Source of the DNA: an uncultured Fibrobacterota bacterium
Lineage (GTDB): Bacteria; Fibrobacterota; Chitinivibrionia; Chitinivibrionales; FEN-1185
NCBI GenBank assembly: GCA_963729895.1
Contig: CAVSQB010000003.1
Location: forward strand, 147,868-211,867
Direction of reading: 5' to 3'
DNA: 64,000 nt
The position numbers were made by a program, and so were the translations under genes. The stretch's first letter is position 1. Each line of letters begins with the position of its first letter. The notes beneath the pieces were generated by a model. The model did not search any database. It was given only the letters and a program-made list of their open reading frames with translations, and was not told the DNA's origin. This document shows positions 37,537 through 46,955 of the stretch, in pieces.

Positions 37537-38841
37537 CGCATTGCCTCAAATTAAATGTAACCGAAGGCTTAATCGAAACACGCACCAATTGATTCGTTGC
37601 CTCATAATTAAGGTAACCCAAGAAAAAAGGGGGTTACCACTATGGGGCACAAAGAAAAAGAAGCATATCGGGAAGCGATACGACAACGATATGCCCATTC
37701 CAACAGAGCCGGCAAAAAGCAGATTCTCGATGAGTTTTGTGCGATTTGCCGATACAATCGCAAGTACGCTATCCGGCTACTTGGAAAACGCAAACAGAAA
37801 CAAAAAGCCAAGCGTGGAAGAAGACCCTTATATGCTGAACCGCTTTTTATTAAGGCGTTACAGTACATCTGGAAAGCCTCTGATTTCATGTGCTCTCGCC
37901 GCCTTAAGGTTGTCATTCCAGTATGGCTGCCATTCTACGAACAATCCTTTGAACTGCTTTCCGAGGAAGTCCGTGCGCGGCTCCTCTCTGTCAGCCGCTC
38001 CACGCTTGACCGCGTCCTATGCCCTTTACGTACGCGTATGGGCAAGGGATTGTGCGGCACCAAGCCCGGCTCCATGCTGCGCAATCAAATCCCCATCCGT
38101 ACCGACAACTGGGATATTACCCAGCCTGGATTCATGGAGGCGGATACGGTTGCCCATTGCGGCACCAGCCTTGCCGGAGAATTTGTGTGGAGCCTTATCA
38201 TGACTGACATCCATACTGCTTGGACCGAAGGCCGTGCTGTGTGGAATAAGGGCTCCCAGGGTGTCATTGAGCAGGTTAAAGACATCGAACGACGAATACC
38301 TTTTGCCCTGCGTGGCTTTGACTGTGATAACGGGTCCGAGTTCCTCAACTATCATCTCGAACGCTACTTCGCCGTGCGACAAGACCCTGTAAAGTTCACC
38401 CGGTCACGTCCCTACAAGAAAAACGACAACGCCCATGTCGAACAGAAAAACTGGGCGCAGGCCAGGCACATGCTTGGTTATGATCGGATCGAAAACCCCG
38501 ACACGCTTCCCCTCATTAACGACCTCTATGCCAACGAGTGGTCTCTCTATCAAAACCACTTCTGTCCATCGCTGAAACTCAAATCTAAAATCCGGATAGG
38601 ATCTCGATACCGCAAGACCTATGAAGAACCGAAAACTCCCTATCAAAGAATCGTTGAATCACCTTACATAGCTTCAGAAGTCAAGCAAAGCCTTGAACTG
38701 ACCCACCGTGCTCTCAATCCATTCCAATTAAAAAAGACTATCGAAAGAAAACTCAAAACCATTTTCAACCTTGTTACGGTTACCTCATTTGTGAGGCATC
38801 GAATCTGACCCTTCGGTTACCTTTTATTATGAGGCAACACG
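37537..38841 (+). mobile_element. Insertion sequence with rve-type DDE transposase (family uncertain, ISNCY-like)
   Basis: TIRs CGCATTGCCTCAAATTAAATGTAACCGAAGG and CGTGTTGCCTCATAATAAAAGGTAACCGAAGG; 4-bp TSD TTAC at 37533-37536 and 38842-38845. Confidence 0.85.
37642..38808 (+). CDS. Integrase-core DDE transposase
   Basis: PGFMEADTVAHCG, DCDNGSEF and RPYKKNDNAHVEQKN. Confidence 0.9.
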   Translation: MGHKEKEAYREAIRQRYAHSNRAGKKQILDEFCAICRYNRKYAIRLLGKRKQKQKAKRGRRPLYAEPLFIKALQYIWKASDFMCSRRLKVVIPVWLPFYEQSFELLSEEVRARLLSVSRSTLDRVLCPLRTRMGKGLCGTKPGSMLRNQIPIRTDNWDITQPGFMEADTVAHCGTSLAGEFVWSLIMTDIHTAWTEGRAVWNKGSQGVIEQVKDIERRIPFALRGFDCDNGSEFLNYHLERYFAVRQDPVKFTRSRPYKKNDNAHVEQKNWAQARHMLGYDRIENPDTLPLINDLYANEWSLYQNHFCPSLKLKSKIRIGSRYRKTYEEPKTPYQRIVESPYIASEVKQSLELTHRALNPFQLKKTIERKLKTIFNLVTVTSFVRHRI

Positions 38842-39052
38842 TTACTCCCCAGAGACTGCATTTTCTCGCCCGGGCATTGGTTTTGCCGACGAACCACGTT
38901 TACTTTTTGAAAGTGGAGGTTTCCTATGGCTTTAGTAGGAAAAATCGGGCTGGTCAAATTGCAAAAATCGTTGGGACCGGATCAAACGATTGACAGAAAA
39001 TACAAGGAGACTGCGCAGGTTATTCGTTTGCGGCGGTAATGAGGCAGCGGAC

Positions 39053-39202
39053 TCAAACTTGCCTATTATTCATCAACCTGGATTTGTTGTTAAAGTCCTC
39101 AACTTTCATCTTGACGATATGCAACCCCGCGCTTGTCATCACACCGTTCAACGGTAAGGTGTAATGGCCTGCAGCGCACTGAGCACGCGCAATCTGATGC
39201 AC
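39053..39202 (-). pseudogene. Orphan remnant of a C-terminal domain paralogous to that of the giant protein
   Basis: VHQIARAQCAAGHYTLPLNGVMTSAGLHIVKMKVEDFNNKSRLM versus VRQIASGEYAAGHYTVMWNGSTTGAGMYIVQMKAESFDSKVRLM. Confidence 0.65.
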
Positions 39203-39225
39203 CTGACAGTACAATCACACGTGGT

Positions 39226-39867
39226 TTATCTCAACACCGTGATGAGATTGCCGGCCTCCGAAACCCGCATGAAAGTACCCCCCGCAGTTGCCGGAAGTAA
39301 GCGTCCTCTGAGATCGCAACACTTCAGGTTTACCGTTCCTGTTGCTATGGCTGGCACGTTCCTGACCGGCATGGTTCCGGTATAGGCCGGTAACACGATT
39401 GAGACGGCAGCTAAAGAGGATAGGACCGCAATGCCGTTATTTGAGTATGCGCCGGTAACCGAGTAGCATGGCAGAGAATTCGAGTAGCTTGCCGCAGCAG
39501 GTATCTCTGCAGATTTGTTCCACATTCGATACTCCAGCGGGTCACCGTCCCGGGCGCCCGCACACACGACGGCGGCATTGACTGAATCCCACCCCCACAC
39601 CGTGAGGGCAATGTTTCCCGTGTAGGGCCACACACCTGCCCCTACACACAAGCCGCCTGTGGTGAAGATTCCTATTTCGTCCCCCGGGAGAAGAGCCGTG
39701 CCATTTATGGTGGGGTTGATGGCGCGAGGCACCATCACGGTCATGTTGGAACCGGTATTTGCCTTGAATACAAAATGCGTTGTCTGGCCGAAAATCATTC
39801 CGGCCATTGCCAAAGACAGAAGCACAGCTCTCGATTGGTTTGACCATCCTGAAAGTAATTTGAACAT
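39226..39867 (-). CDS. Secreted protein, paralog of the N-domain of 27827-29044
   Basis: AGGGGG RBS, signal peptide, THFVFKANTGSNMTV..GDEIGIF..LCVGA..TVWG and a short DLRGR tail. Confidence 0.75.
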   Translation of the reverse strand: MFKLLSGWSNQSRAVLLSLAMAGMIFGQTTHFVFKANTGSNMTVMVPRAINPTINGTALLPGDEIGIFTTGGLCVGAGVWPYTGNIALTVWGWDSVNAAVVCAGARDGDPLEYRMWNKSAEIPAAASYSNSLPCYSVTGAYSNNGIAVLSSLAAVSIVLPAYTGTMPVRNVPAIATGTVNLKCCDLRGRLLPATAGGTFMRVSEAGNLITVLR

Positions 39868-40000
39868 ATGCTTCCCCCTTATGTCAACTTTTCGGTTGTC
39901 AAAAGCCCCTTGCATGCAGCCCGATACCGTTCTATGCCGATTGTCCTGATGTTTTCGCGCATAAGTGAATCCTCCTGGATTGCACTGCGGAATATAAGAG

Positions 40001-40015
40001 GCAACTGGCGAGCCA
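40001..40015 (-). promoter_or_regulatory. Sigma54 (-24/-12) promoter
   Basis: Minus strand TGGCTCGCCAGTTGC versus consensus TGGCACG-N4-TTGC, with correct GG/GC spacing; adjacent to a sigma54 activator gene. Confidence 0.7.
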
Positions 40016-40208
40016 AATTCCTTGTTTGCAATTTGTTGCGTTGTAATCCAATGTCCGATAAGGAATAATGCCGAACGGCAAGCAGCTCAACAACCGGCAA
40101 AGCGTGGTTATTTTACCACAGGTGAACAAGAGGGAAAACGCGGGTTACGTCTTTTGTTACATCGGGTTGCGAACAGGGGTGGACGACTATGGCAAAACCA
40201 CCTCACTT

Positions 40209-41591
40209 TTACACATCTTTCTTGACGGTCAATCCGAATTGCTTTAACTTTTCATAAAAATTCTTTCTGTCTATTCCGGCCATTCTGGCCGCCTTGGCGA
40301 TGTTTCCCGACGACGCATCAACAAGCGATTTGAAATATTCTTTTTCCGCGGCCGACAGCACCTTGTTCTTGAATTCCTTGTACGGCACCAAAATTTCCGC
40401 ATCGTCATTTCCTCGTGCGCAGATTCCGAGAATGCCGGCCACGTTCTCCAAGGTTATTATTTTGTTCATGCAGATGCCCTTAAGGTTCGACACCGTCATC
40501 TTCAACTGCCGTATGTTTCCGGGCCAGTCATGGCCCCGTAAGGCCGCCATTGCATCCGGAATAACAACATATTCTCCATCGGATAGAAAGTACCTGACCA
40601 GCACGGGTATGTCGTCCTTTCGCTCCCTTAACGGCAACAGAGAAATATGAGCGCCCCACAGCCGGTAATACAGGTCTTTGCGGAACGTCCCTTTTTCCAT
40701 CATGGCAACAAGGTCGCAGTTCGTGGCGCACACGATTCGCACGTCGGCATGCTTGAGTTCCGTGTCGCCGACCCTGTTGTATTCTCCTCTGTCCAGCACA
40801 TGCAGAAGCCTGCTTTGCAACTCAAGCGGCAGATCTCCTATTTCGTCGAGGAAAAGCGTGCCCCCTTCCGTCACCTCAAAATAGCCTTGTTTGGTCTTGA
40901 CCGCGCCGGTGAACGCTCCCTGCACGTGGCCGAACAGCTCCGACTCGATAAGCCCCTGGGGCAAGCCGGCGCAGTTGACGGTCGTGAAGGCGCACTTTGC
41001 CCGCGGGCTGAATTCGTGAATGCACCGAGCAACCACTTCCTTGCCGGTGCCCGACTCTCCCGTTATCATCACAGGTATTTCAAGCGGGGCAATTTCAGAA
41101 ATGTTCCGTCGTACCTCGGCAATATGGCCCGATGACCCTATAAGCCCTTTCCCCTGGACGCCTGCATCCACCTCGATTTCGCGGTTTCTCTTGAGCAATC
41201 CCTGCATGCGCAACGCGCCCATGATGCTGTATTTGATCTGTTCGGCATTAAACGGCTTTGTGAGAAAGGTGTAGGCGCCGAGGTCCATTGCCCTTTCAAG
41301 CAAGTTCTGGTCCGGCATACCGGTGATCATGATGACTTGGACTTGCGGGGAAAATTTCCGGATCTCCCCGAGCAACCTGAAGCCATCGGTGTTCGGCATG
41401 AATACATCGAGTATCACCACATCGTACGGTATCTGCAAAATGAGCGGGTCGGCTTCTACCGGATTATAGGCGGTGACTGAATATTTTTCATCCACAAGGA
41501 CATCGCAAAGAAAAGTCCGCACCGTTTCCTCGTCGTCGGCAACGAGGATATGTGCACCTTGGTTCCGTGGTTGATCAGCTGATGAAGCCAT
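40209..41591 (-). CDS. NtrC-family sigma54-dependent response regulator
   Basis: Receiver domain (VADDE, LDVFMP), GESGTGKE, ELFGH, GAFTGA, LFLDEIG, WPGNIRQL and a Fis-type HTH. Confidence 0.95.
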   Translation of the reverse strand: MASSADQPRNQGAHILVADDEETVRTFLCDVLVDEKYSVTAYNPVEADPLILQIPYDVVILDVFMPNTDGFRLLGEIRKFSPQVQVIMITGMPDQNLLERAMDLGAYTFLTKPFNAEQIKYSIMGALRMQGLLKRNREIEVDAGVQGKGLIGSSGHIAEVRRNISEIAPLEIPVMITGESGTGKEVVARCIHEFSPRAKCAFTTVNCAGLPQGLIESELFGHVQGAFTGAVKTKQGYFEVTEGGTLFLDEIGDLPLELQSRLLHVLDRGEYNRVGDTELKHADVRIVCATNCDLVAMMEKGTFRKDLYYRLWGAHISLLPLRERKDDIPVLVRYFLSDGEYVVIPDAMAALRGHDWPGNIRQLKMTVSNLKGICMNKIITLENVAGILGICARGNDDAEILVPYKEFKNKVLSAAEKEYFKSLVDASSGNIAKAARMAGIDRKNFYEKLKQFGLTVKKDV

Positions 41592-41830
41592 ATCGATTTC
41601 TTCTACTTGATTATTGCTCCGCCAATGAGATATGCACAAAACAAGATATCAATTTCACAGTACAAACAACCACGAATTTCGGGCATTTATTACTGCCGGA
41701 GTAATGATCGTACGCGAACGCCGCGCAGGTATGGAGAGCAAAACGCAAATCTGCATATATATCTTGATGGTACAGTCTTCACGATTTGTTGTCAATACAG
41801 TAAAACTGAACGCGCACACGAGGCATCGAG

Positions 41831-42973
41831 CTACTCTTCCTCGAGAATATCCTCATCCTCAACCGGCATGAACCATTTCTGAGCGATGAATGTCGGAATA
41901 ACCGCGCTCGCGACCACAACGCCGACCAGAATCGAGTACTGTGACTGATTAATGATCCCCGCCTGCAACCCGAAAAGGCTCGCTATTGTGCCGAATGTCA
42001 AACCCGTGCTCATGAGCAGTGTTGTGTACATGCTTCCTTGAGGTATGTATTTCTTGGCCAAAAAGTAAACGCCCAGAAATTTGGCGATAATTTTGAGAAA
42101 GAAGAACAACACAAAAAGACCCAGGCTTGCCGCTACGAGGGGGAAGGATATCCTCAGTCCGCCGACAATGAAGAAAACCGGCGTTATTATGGCATAGGCA
42201 ACGGTGCGAAGCCTTATGACGACAAGGTGGTGCTCCGACTCCTTGCCGAAATATCTTGACATGAACAATCCAAGTACAAAAGCCGGCAGTACCGCGTGCC
42301 CCTCGCCGAGATTGGCGAAATAGACGAGCGTCAACAAAAGCAGAAAAATGTACTTGATCTCGGATTCAACCACCTTGTTCCTAAATGCCGAATGGTTAAA
42401 AAGAAAATGAGAAAAGCAGGCCGCGACGACAATCACCGCGACAGAAACAACATAGAACAGGAGCGTGAACCACGTCGGCTTGACAAAAATGACACTGAGC
42501 GCCAGGGCCGTACCCATGTCGGTGATGAACGTGGACGACATAAGCATTTTGCCGATGCGCGTGTCGGACAGCCCGCTTTCCGCAAGGACGGAATATACCA
42601 CGGCCAGGGACGTCGTGGATAAGGCTATTCCCGCGATGAGAGCGGCCCGCGCATCCCAATGCAGGAAAAACAGCGCGACGACCGCGACCAGAACAAACGG
42701 CAGCAAGAACGAAAGGCCGCCGATGAGCACACTGCTCTTAAGATTCTCCTTCATCAATTTCGTGTCGATTTCGGTACCGGCAAGAAACGTAAGAATGATT
42801 CCGCCGAACCCTGCCAGATATTGCATCCATTCTTCGGTGCGCAGGCCGAAATTCCCTGCGATTGAACCGAGAAGTATTTCGACGATCGCAACGGATATGC
42901 CAAGACGTAATGAAATGATGCTGGCAACAAAGATCATGAGGCCGGTACATAAGGGAATCGGGTCTGCGTGCAT
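41831..42973 (-). CDS. Cation:proton antiporter (CPA2-like) under fluoride riboswitch control
   Basis: Multiple TM helices, FLAGTEID, STTSLAVV and ITD; upstream crcB motifs. Confidence 0.88.
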   Translation of the reverse strand: MHADPIPLCTGLMIFVASIISLRLGISVAIVEILLGSIAGNFGLRTEEWMQYLAGFGGIILTFLAGTEIDTKLMKENLKSSVLIGGLSFLLPFVLVAVVALFFLHWDARAALIAGIALSTTSLAVVYSVLAESGLSDTRIGKMLMSSTFITDMGTALALSVIFVKPTWFTLLFYVVSVAVIVVAACFSHFLFNHSAFRNKVVESEIKYIFLLLLTLVYFANLGEGHAVLPAFVLGLFMSRYFGKESEHHLVVIRLRTVAYAIITPVFFIVGGLRISFPLVAASLGLFVLFFFLKIIAKFLGVYFLAKKYIPQGSMYTTLLMSTGLTFGTIASLFGLQAGIINQSQYSILVGVVVASAVIPTFIAQKWFMPVEDEDILEEE

Positions 42974-43016
42974 GACGTCCTCCTACGTGAAAAAATGAGA
43001 TGAGATCGACAAAAAG

Positions 43017-43076
43017 GTAGGAGTCATCAGCCATGTTTGAAAAAAAACAGCGGTTAAAGGTGGAACCCCATCACCT
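43017..43076 (-). ncRNA. Fluoride (crcB) riboswitch, gene-proximal copy
   Basis: Minus strand AGGTGATGGGGTTCCACCT-TTAACCGC...GCTGATGACTCCTAC matches the crcB pattern GGyGAUGGxGUUCxCC..AACCGC..GCUGAUGACxCCUAC. Confidence 0.88.
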
Positions 43077-43230
43077 GAGGAAGAATGATCTTGAGATTTT
43101 ATTCCCGGTCGGGCCTCCTTCCGATGAGTGCGCCGCAGCGGACCGTTCGTTGATTCGATCCGCCGCCGGGCAAGTGCCGGTCCTCATGAAATCCATCTTT
43201 TCTTCTTGGCAGCGGGCCGCATCTTTGCCC

Positions 43231-43268
43231 AAAAAAAAACTCCTGCTGATATTTCTTACCAGCAGGAG
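43231..43268 (-). terminator. Intrinsic terminator overlapping the 3' end of the distal fluoride aptamer
   Basis: Minus strand CTCCTGCTG-gtaagaaatat-CAGCAGGAG-TTTTTTTTT. Confidence 0.85.
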
Positions 43269-43312
43269 TCATCAGCCAACATTGAGGCGGTTAGAGGCGA
43301 ACTCCATCACCT
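43262..43312 (-). ncRNA. Fluoride (crcB) riboswitch, distal copy
   Basis: Minus strand AGGTGATGGAGTTCGCCT-CTAACCGCCTCAATGTTGGCTGATGACTCCTGC. Confidence 0.9.
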
Positions 43313-43530
43313 GAAATAAAAATATATCATGTGAACAAATTCGCCAAGACAAGACTTCAGGGCCGCACCAAAGTGCGGACCAGACGGCGCGTTTTATCTT
43401 CATTGTAGCCCTCCGGCCTCGGAAACGACGTAATTTATGTTCGGCGGGAAAGGTTGCCGGGAGAACAAAATAAGGCCGCCGCCCCAAACGATATCCCGGG
43501 GCATGTTTCAAACAAACGGAAAAAGGGACC

Positions 43531-43866
43531 ATGAAGAATATCTTCACCTATACGAATTTCAGGAAGTACCTCAAAGACTTCTACCTGAAGGGAAAGAAGG
43601 AAAATCCCGAGTTTTCGCACCGGTGGATCGTGCGCCAACTGGGGCTGTCGACTTCCAACTATTTCCTGTCGATCATGGAGGGACGGCGGAACCTGCCGGG
43701 CAACGTGTCGCTGCGCCTTACAAAATTCCTTGGGTTGAACAAGAAAGAGACTCTTTACTTTGAGTATATGGTCGCTTGGCTGCAATCCAAGACAACGTTT
43801 GAAAAAGACGAGTATTGGTCCCGCATGGCCGGGCTCAACCCCAGGCTCAGGAAGAAGAGACGCTGA
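43531..43866 (+). CDS. TIGR02147-like protein, N-terminal HTH part only (111 aa)
   Basis: MKNIFTYTNFRKYLKDFY..FSHR..LGL..GRRNL..ETLYFEYMV pattern. Confidence 0.7.
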   Translation: MKNIFTYTNFRKYLKDFYLKGKKENPEFSHRWIVRQLGLSTSNYFLSIMEGRRNLPGNVSLRLTKFLGLNKKETLYFEYMVAWLQSKTTFEKDEYWSRMAGLNPRLRKKRR

Positions 43867-44023
43867 GCTGAGAGCACGACTTCACGTAAAGCTCTTTGCA
43901 TACGAGAATTCTTCGCTTCGCTCGCATTGACCGCCCGAGCCCCTCCTTGCCGGTCCCAGCTAAAAGAAACGCCGGAGAGGCCTCTGCCTCCCCGGCGTTC
44001 TCCGTTCTCTATGAGCAATAGAC

Positions 44024-46819
44024 CTATTTCTTCGGGACCACGGGCGCCGGAACCACCGGCTTTGCCGCCGCCGATTGCATCTGCTGCTGTGCGGAAAGGG
44101 CCATGAGCTGCTGACGGAACTGTTCCGCCCGTTTGTCGCCCGGATGCGATTCTTCGAACGCGGTTATCACGGCAATCGCGCTGTCGAAGTGCTTGAGGGC
44201 AACGTAGTCCCTGGCAAGGCTTTCGAACCCGCCGTAATAATTCGGATCGCGCGCGATAAGGTCCTTGAGCGCCGGAATCGCCTCCCCGCCCTTCCCTTCC
44301 ATTTCGAGCGCCTGCGACAGCATGCGCATGAACTCGGGATTTGTCGGGTCCGACGCGATCGCGTCGCGCGCACTCTTTTCCGCTTCGGCAAGCTTACCGT
44401 GATTGAGGTAGAATTCCTGCAGCAGGGCGCGCGGCCGCCAGTCCCACGGTATATGCGTGATGCACTTTTGCAGTTCGGCGGTAACCAGGTTCAACTTGTC
44501 CTCGTAGTCTTTCTGTTTCGCCTGAAACGCGGCCTTTTTCTCGTCCACGGCAGGCAGCTTCTTTACCGAAGCGAGCGCGATCTGGTTCTGCAGGGTATCG
44601 AGTTCGGCCTTTTCGTCGAGCAGCGGCTTGCGAAGGCTGAGGGCCATTTCAACGTAGCACGCGGTATAATTCGCCTCCAGCCCGCGGGCCGCTTCATCAA
44701 CCGGCTCGTCGGTTATTTTGCCGGTCCCGAACCGGTAGACCTTGTCGAGCAGATAAGCGGTCTTGTCGATATCCATGCGCTTGTCCTGCTCGACGGCCCT
44801 CGGGTTGATCCGGTACACCAGACCCTCCATCTGCAGATACGGATCGAGGCCCATGAAATTATCGTCCGACACGGTAACGGCAAAATAGACCGGCTTGCGC
44901 CACCGGTCCGAATCAACGATGTTAAGCACCATCTTGTCCTGCACCCGCATCACGTTCTGCTGCTTGCGCCCCGGGATAACCACCTGAATCCCGGCGTTGG
45001 GCAGGGTATAGGGCGTAGCCTCGGTGAACGGATTGAGTTCCGCGTTGAGCATATCGATCTGGCTGGATGAGAACGAGATCGGCACTCTGGGTTCCACGTC
45101 TTTGAGCTGCTTGATATACCAGTCGGTATTGAGAAGGCTTAAGTTGACGATACGGACATCCCTCCTGATGCCGTAGGCTTCCTGGAGCGCCCACAGCGGG
45201 AAGGTGTCGTTGTCGCCGTTGGTGATGAGGATCGCATCCTTGTCGCACGACATGAGGAAATTGTAAGCCGCGTCGAAGGGGATCCAGTTCATGTGGCGGT
45301 CGCGGGGCTGGAAATTCTGGGTAAGGGGCAGGGCCGGCGACACGAACAGAGCCACCGCAGCCAGGGGGGCAACCGTGGTGCGTAACAGCCTATTCTTATT
45401 TGTGAATAAATACATGAGGAAACAGCCGGAAGCGATGCCCAGCCACATGCTGTAGAACATGAACCCCGCGTTGAAGAAGTAATCGCGGACGCGGACCTCG
45501 CGGTGAACGTTGGGACACGCCCCTTCCCTGCCCGAACGGATCCACGCGAGAAGATCCTGGTGTTCCGGCTTGGTGCCGTCCGCGAAGTTCATGTACCAGA
45601 CAAGGACCACGGTGGTAAGCAGGGTTACCAGAATGAGCAGAACGGCAACGTTCCTGTTCTTCCGGTAATAGTAGTACCACGCCATCAGCATGAAGCCGGT
45701 GGGCAGGAGATAGATAAGCAGTTCGAGCAGCCCGAGCGGCATGTTGCCTTCCATGAAGTTCTTCTGGGTGTCCTTGATGCTGAAATGGAAAAACTGGGTA
45801 ATGTGGAACCCGCCGTATCCCATGTTGCTTTCGATGCCGAACTGCCGGCTGAGAGCGCCCCGGCGGTGCAACGAACGCGACACCATGCTCTCGGAGCCGT
45901 ACTGCTTTCTGTCAAGCGCTCCGGTGAAGGCCTGCCAAGTAACCGGGTGATCTTCGTCGATGATCGGGTTGAGAGCAGAGCGAATGGGCATGTACAGATG
46001 ATTAGAAAAACCGACCACGGCCAGGAACGAAAACCAGAAACAGAACCGCCATTTCTGCTGGTCTTTGCCCCGCACGAACATCATCGCAAAGGTAATAGCG
46101 GTACTGATGAGGCTCACGATGATGAACCATGAAAGATTGAACATAAACGAGGCCATGCACACACCAACGATCCACAGCCGCCAGTCTTTGCGCTTTGTTT
46201 CGTCGGCCATCATGATGAAGAGGAAGATGGCAGGCAGGGTGATACCGGATATCATGTGCATGCCGATACCCGCGAACCCGACATAGGTGAGCAGCAGCAG
46301 CAGCCGGTCGCGCTTTGGGTCTTTGGACTGAAACCACATAAGCGCAAGCCACATGGTAATCACCACCGGCAGCAGGCACACGTTGCACTGCTCCGATGCT
46401 TCGAGTGAACAGAACCAGAATGTGTTGCTGAATGCGCACAAAAGCGATCCGGTGAGGCCTGCGCAATACAGCGAGAGCCGCTTCCACAGGGTGTCCGGTT
46501 CGCCCACGATTATGACCATGGCCCTTATGACAATCAGGTAGATGAACATGACCGTGGCCCCGCTGCCGAACACGGCGAGCAGATTGAGCCTGAATCCGGG
46601 GTCCTTGAGGAACGACAGCGCCATAAGGAAGACCCGGCCGATGGGGATCAGGAGCGGTGTGCCCGGCGGGTGCGGAATACCGAGACATCCGGCGGCAGCC
46701 AGATATTCGCCGCAATCCCACAGCGCGACCGTAGGCCCTGCGGTCATGATATACACAATTGACGAAAGAATAAATACGAGGATCGCAAGCGCGATGTTGA
46801 CGTTCTTGTGGGCAAACAT
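44024..46819 (-). CDS. DUF2723 (TMEM260-like GT-C) membrane protein with C-terminal TPRs
   Basis: WDCGEY..IPHPPGTPL, many TM helices, RVRDYFF, TNGDNDTFPLW and NLSLLNTDWY. Confidence 0.9.
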   Translation of the reverse strand: MFAHKNVNIALAILVFILSSIVYIMTAGPTVALWDCGEYLAAAGCLGIPHPPGTPLLIPIGRVFLMALSFLKDPGFRLNLLAVFGSGATVMFIYLIVIRAMVIIVGEPDTLWKRLSLYCAGLTGSLLCAFSNTFWFCSLEASEQCNVCLLPVVITMWLALMWFQSKDPKRDRLLLLLTYVGFAGIGMHMISGITLPAIFLFIMMADETKRKDWRLWIVGVCMASFMFNLSWFIIVSLISTAITFAMMFVRGKDQQKWRFCFWFSFLAVVGFSNHLYMPIRSALNPIIDEDHPVTWQAFTGALDRKQYGSESMVSRSLHRRGALSRQFGIESNMGYGGFHITQFFHFSIKDTQKNFMEGNMPLGLLELLIYLLPTGFMLMAWYYYYRKNRNVAVLLILVTLLTTVVLVWYMNFADGTKPEHQDLLAWIRSGREGACPNVHREVRVRDYFFNAGFMFYSMWLGIASGCFLMYLFTNKNRLLRTTVAPLAAVALFVSPALPLTQNFQPRDRHMNWIPFDAAYNFLMSCDKDAILITNGDNDTFPLWALQEAYGIRRDVRIVNLSLLNTDWYIKQLKDVEPRVPISFSSSQIDMLNAELNPFTEATPYTLPNAGIQVVIPGRKQQNVMRVQDKMVLNIVDSDRWRKPVYFAVTVSDDNFMGLDPYLQMEGLVYRINPRAVEQDKRMDIDKTAYLLDKVYRFGTGKITDEPVDEAARGLEANYTACYVEMALSLRKPLLDEKAELDTLQNQIALASVKKLPAVDEKKAAFQAKQKDYEDKLNLVTAELQKCITHIPWDWRPRALLQEFYLNHGKLAEAEKSARDAIASDPTNPEFMRMLSQALEMEGKGGEAIPALKDLIARDPNYYGGFESLARDYVALKHFDSAIAVITAFEESHPGDKRAEQFRQQLMALSAQQQMQSAAAKPVVPAPVVPKK

Positions 46820-46955
46820 ACCTTGGCCTTTCCCAGTCCGGACGGTGGCGTCGTGAAGATGAGGGGAAACAATCTGTTTAAAATACGTGTTTCCGCGGTC
46901 CGGGGAAATGGGAAGTTTTATCGGGGTGAATTCCTTATCAGGATAATGTTATGGT

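Noticed and set aside
38945..39062. Possible c-di-GMP-I riboswitch-like stretch
   Set aside because: Only a GCAAA and one weak stem; the GNRA loop, GACGCAAA junction and a downstream gene on that strand are missing.
43071..43196. 41-codon ORF between the two fluoride aptamers, stopping inside the second
   Set aside because: No clear RBS or protein features; likely chance, though a leader peptide is not excluded.
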